Made by a program: the position numbers and the translations under genes. The notes under the pieces are model-generated. The model was not told the DNA's origin, did no database searches, and worked only from the letters and a program-made list of their open reading frames with translations. 64,000 bases of DNA from Syntrophales bacterium (GTDB lineage Bacteria > Desulfobacterota > Syntrophia > Syntrophales > UBA2210), in the NCBI GenBank assembly GCA_963666365.2, contig CAXXNF010000002.1, positions 1,152,001-1,216,000 of the forward strand, written 5' to 3'. This document shows positions 60,371-64,000 of the stretch, piece by piece. Numbering within the stretch: the stretch's first letter is position 1; the number at the start of each line of letters is the position of its first letter.

Positions 60371-61189
60371 ATGGCAGAAGTTAATTTAAGAAAAACAGGC
60401 GAACGCATAGTTCCTGAAAAAATTAAATCGTGTGATGAATATCTCCTCTATTTGAGACACATGTTTGCTTATAAACAGGCGTCTCATTTTTTAAATAACA
60501 ATAACAATGTGCTAGAAGTTGGATGTGGTGAGGGATATGGAACTCATTATTTATCACATCGCGTTAAAAACATAATCGGCCTAGACATAGATGAAAATAC
60601 CATAAAACATGCCGCGGCAAAATATAGCTCTGACAATTGTACTTTCAACTTTTTCGATGGATTAAATATTCCTTATGAAGATAATATTTTTGATGTGGTA
60701 ATTTCTTTTCAAGTAATTGAACACGTATTTAATGATTTTGATTTTGTTTCAGATATATATAGAGTTATGAAAAAAAATTCTAATTTTATTCTTACCACTC
60801 CGAACAGAAAATATAGACTTAAAAATAATCAGCAACCTTGGAATAGATTTCATGTAAGAGAATATTCGGCAATTGACTTAAATAATTTATTAAACCGCAC
60901 ATTCAACAGTGTAAATATTTGGGGCATACGTGGTAATGATGATATTCAAAAGAATGAAATAAAAAGGGTAAAACAAATTTTAAAGATACAGTCATTTGAT
61001 CCACTTAATTTAAGAAGATGCATACCGGGCAGGTATCAACCTATAATCATTACGCTATTAAAAAAAATTATCAATAGAAACAATAATATAGAGGGTGATT
61101 TTCAAAACAAATATACTGTAGATAACTTCCAAATAAAAAAGTCTGATATTGATAGTAGTCTGGATTTATTAGCTATTTGTACAAAATAA
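60371..61189 (+). CDS. Class I SAM-dependent methyltransferase
   Basis: TGER, VLEVGCGEGYG, SFQVIEH, TTPN, FHVREY. Confidence 0.9.
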   Translation: MAEVNLRKTGERIVPEKIKSCDEYLLYLRHMFAYKQASHFLNNNNNVLEVGCGEGYGTHYLSHRVKNIIGLDIDENTIKHAAAKYSSDNCTFNFFDGLNIPYEDNIFDVVISFQVIEHVFNDFDFVSDIYRVMKKNSNFILTTPNRKYRLKNNQQPWNRFHVREYSAIDLNNLLNRTFNSVNIWGIRGNDDIQKNEIKRVKQILKIQSFDPLNLRRCIPGRYQPIIITLLKKIINRNNNIEGDFQNKYTVDNFQIKKSDIDSSLDLLAICTK

Positions 61190-61293
61190 ATCTACTTCAC
61201 CGCAAGCAGCGGGTATTTTTAAACGCATTTAACGCTCAAGGGACGGGTACCTAAAATTCAATGTGATTTCAATGTCAGTTTCCATGGTATTAT

Positions 61294-62304
61294 TTGGGGA
61301 TAACATATCGGCTATTACGTGATCTATTTTGGAACTTGCAACCATATACATATTTTGAAAAGAATCACATCATGATCGAAAATAGAACCTACTCCATAAT
61401 TGTTTTATTACTTGTAGCTATAGCACTATTGGCATATTTATATTATCACCCTCAAGCACTAACATTATTAACTAATGCGAGCATCATAAATATAATATCC
61501 CTGATTATTATTCGAATATTCTTTCAGATAATAAGTGGTCTTATACTTCGTGACTTTGTTTCCATATTCGGAACAGTGCTTAAGTTCAAAGAATGGTTTG
61601 GTCTTTCTATTATTACTACAATGGGGAATTACATATCACCCTTTTCAGGTGGAATGATTGCCCGTGCAGCTTACTTGAAATATCGCTATGCTTTTTCTTA
61701 TGCACAATTCACCTCTCTTCTTGCTGCCAGTTATTTAATATTCTTTTGGGCTGTAGGGTTTGTAGGCCTTATTTCTAGTTTAACTTCTGAAATAACCTCA
61801 ATTCTTATGTGGCGAGTGGGTTTATTTTTTTTTATTATTTTACTATTATCGTCACTATTAATTTTACTACCACCAATAAAAATATCTTACAGAAATCCTT
61901 TGATACAATTTATAAATAAGGCAATTGATGGTTGGACCCTTATTCGGAATGACAAAACTTTACTTTTCAAATTAACATTGTATTCACTTACAAGTATTTT
62001 TCTAAATGGACTTTCTTTCTGGCTAGCTTTTATTTCACTAACAAATATTCAATTTTCTTTTAAAACAATATTTCTAATAAGCTTACTTTCAATATTTTCA
62101 TTTCTTTTTAATCTTACACCCAGCAATTTGGGGATTCAAGAAGCAATAGTTAGCTTGGCTTCTGTCATATTTGGTATAGGAACCAGTATTGGCTTAATGG
62201 CCTCATTACTTATTAGAGCAACTTCTTTGATTCCAATCTTCACTCTTGGCCCAATTTTTAGCTTAATACTCACACGAGAACTTAAAGCATATAAACATAA
62301 CTGA
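61294..62304 (+). CDS. Flippase-like membrane protein (LPG synthase TM-type; start probably 61372)
   Basis: GNYISP.SGG..RAAYLK, TPSNLGIQE; many TM segments. Confidence 0.8.
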   Translation: MGITYRLLRDLFWNLQPYTYFEKNHIMIENRTYSIIVLLLVAIALLAYLYYHPQALTLLTNASIINIISLIIIRIFFQIISGLILRDFVSIFGTVLKFKEWFGLSIITTMGNYISPFSGGMIARAAYLKYRYAFSYAQFTSLLAASYLIFFWAVGFVGLISSLTSEITSILMWRVGLFFFIILLLSSLLILLPPIKISYRNPLIQFINKAIDGWTLIRNDKTLLFKLTLYSLTSIFLNGLSFWLAFISLTNIQFSFKTIFLISLLSIFSFLFNLTPSNLGIQEAIVSLASVIFGIGTSIGLMASLLIRATSLIPIFTLGPIFSLILTRELKAYKHN

Positions 62305-62400
62305 AATAAAGTTATTTATAGCCCAAAATGTCATTTTTCGATTTGAAAATTATTTCCCAGACATGCAAGTTTCCTTTATCGATAAAAAAGGAGACACCAC

Positions 62401-62977
62401 ATGAATTCCGGGAAAACCGTCTTTGCCCAGTTGATGGACTTTGTCACCACATACGAGTTTCGAAAATGCGTCGATCGATACAACGGCAATCGCAACGTTA
62501 TAAGCTTTTCCTGCTGGGATCAGTTCCTCTGCATGGCCTTCGCTCAGCTCACTTACCGAGAAAGTTTGAGAGATATTCAGGTCTGCCTGCGTGCCACTCA
62601 GCCCAAGCTGTATCACTTGGGGATTCGCGGGTAGGTTTCCCGCAATACGCTCGCCCATGCAAATCAGAACCGGGATTGGAGGATTTACGCCGATTTTGCC
62701 CAGACTCTCATAGTAAAAGCCCGAAAGCTTTACGCCGGAGATTCCTTCGGCATCGAACTGGATCAGGCAGTATATATATGCCTTGGATTCGGCCACTATC
62801 GATCTTTGTCTGGCACTCTTTCCCTGGGCAGAATTCCGGAAGCGCAAGGGCGCGGTAAAACTTCATACGCTTCTGGATCTGCGCGGCAACATTTCTTCCG
62901 TGGAAATCATCACCAAAGGCAAAATTCACGACGTGAACATCCTGGACGACTTGATCTTGGAGGCTGGGGCCATCTAC
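62401..62977 (+). pseudogene. IS4-family (DUF4372-type) transposase with nonsense mutation, frameshift and truncation
   Basis: MNSGKTVFAQL, ESLRDI; TAG at 62632; shift at tatatata near 62771; DSATIDLCL, KLHTLLDL. Confidence 0.85.
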
Positions 62978-64000
62978 GAGACCTTTGAATAACGACCAGT
63001 TTCTTCAAATTCGGTTTTTGGGACCATTTTTTGAACGGAAAAGCATTTTTGCCTAGAACGACCGTTCTAGCCGCACGCGATATTTTGTTATGATGAGTCC
63101 ATGTTACCTCCAGTATCAATCAATTTCGGGGCAGCTAACGCTCCCCCGGGGACATATGCGCATAGCACCCCCTTTCTTATGCCGGAACCACCTTTATTCC
63201 TCTCAGGAGATTGAAGGCCATCTGCCTGAAGAGGGCATCAATGCCATTCTTGATCAACCTGGGGAACCTGGCCCGGAAGGCATTGTGGTGAAGATGGGAA
63301 AGCCCAAAGTACTGTTCGACAATATAGCGTTTTTTCGATATCTGCTTGTTCCGTTCTATTTCATAGTCCGTCAGCTTTGCCGTGGTTGTGTCCTTTCTCA
63401 TAATGCCGTCTGCAATATTGTTCATACTGAGAAAGGCCCTGTTCGGCTCGCCGAAGTACCCTTTATCGGCATACACCTTTTTGATAGGCTCGTCGGTATG
63501 ACAACTGCCGGCGACGCAGAGGGGAAGATAGGGGCTGTCGTTATGGGATGCCGGCGTTATTTCGGTGGCAAGGACAAATCCGTGGTGTATGTCGACAGAG
63601 GCATGCTCTTTGAGACCAAAGTGGGGGACATCGTTTTTCACCGTCCAGTCGGAGTCAAGATCGCGAGAATATTTAAGCGGTTTTCCCATTTTGTCCACTT
63701 TACCCTCGGGAGTGTTTCGTTTATGTTTTTCTTCTTTGAGCTTTTCCGTGCTGAGGGGATGACTGGCGGATTTCACCAGGCGGGCGTCAATGGCGATGCC
63801 TTCATTTATGGTTAACCCCTTGGCATCAAATTGAGAGAGGAGTTCATGATTGATTGCACGCATGGTTTCTTTGGACAATCTTCCTCTGAACCGGGAGAAG
63901 GTGGAGTGATCGGGCGCGGGATCATCGAAAGAGAGCCCCAGGAACTTTTTGAAAGAGATGCGATCGTTGATCTGGGTTTCCAGTTCGGGATCGGAATCGA
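62978..64000 (-). mobile_element. IS5-family element (runs off the window end)
   Basis: Probable end gagacctttgaataa at the IS4 breakpoint. Confidence 0.7.
63177..64000 (-). CDS. IS5-family transposase (5' partial)
   Basis: DRISFKKFLG, PDHSTFSRFR, AIDARLV, FGLKEH, YADKGY, RYIVEQYFG. Confidence 0.9.
   Translation of the reverse strand, partial: DSDPELETQINDRISFKKFLGLSFDDPAPDHSTFSRFRGRLSKETMRAINHELLSQFDAKGLTINEGIAIDARLVKSASHPLSTEKLKEEKHKRNTPEGKVDKMGKPLKYSRDLDSDWTVKNDVPHFGLKEHASVDIHHGFVLATEITPASHNDSPYLPLCVAGSCHTDEPIKKVYADKGYFGEPNRAFLSMNNIADGIMRKDTTTAKLTDYEIERNKQISKKRYIVEQYFGLSHLHHNAFRARFPRLIKNGIDALFRQMAFNLLRGIKVVPA

Noticed and set aside
61192..61220. ccgcaagcagcgg hairpin resembling an IS200/605-type end
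   Set aside because: Single, short and degenerate, with no associated transposase; insufficient support.

Overview
Bacterial window, probably from a Desulfobacterota/Syntrophales-like organism (inferred from gene content only). 1-18.8 kb is mostly metabolic and envelope genes: glgB, a Liv-type ABC/acyl-CoA ligase/carboxyltransferase operon, HAD hydrolase, lysozyme-like protein, Cache protein, AzgA-like permease with a nucleoside-phosphorylase-like partner, omptin and a FecR protein. 19.0-35.9 kb is the most unusual part. A signal-peptide-bearing, teneurin-like Rhs/YD protein (2097 aa) is followed by two orphan Rhs C-terminal/immunity cassettes and a Cys-rich secreted protein. These are interleaved with four near-identical HUH (Y1, RAYT-like) transposase genes and two miniature derivatives, all bounded by one 25-bp inverted repeat (AATTCCGGGGACAGTATACWTAATT, about 20 full or partial copies). 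Those repeat ends lie 0-11 bp from the immunity stop codons and orphan truncation points, which suggests transposase-driven building or shuffling of the toxin array. 35.9-50.3 kb holds two divergent four-gene minor-pilin operons, an anti-sigma-like gene and an ECF sigma factor that share a KGTGAC-N15-YTGTA promoter-like motif. It also holds an IS630 interrupted by an IS66; a second, apparently identical IS66 interrupts one Y1 gene. 49-58 kb is a patchwork of toxin-antitoxin modules, gene fragments and short duplications. 58.5-62.3 kb is an AT-rich glycosylation cluster, followed by an IS4 pseudogene cut by an IS5 element. All family assignments are from motif recognition by eye, not database searches.
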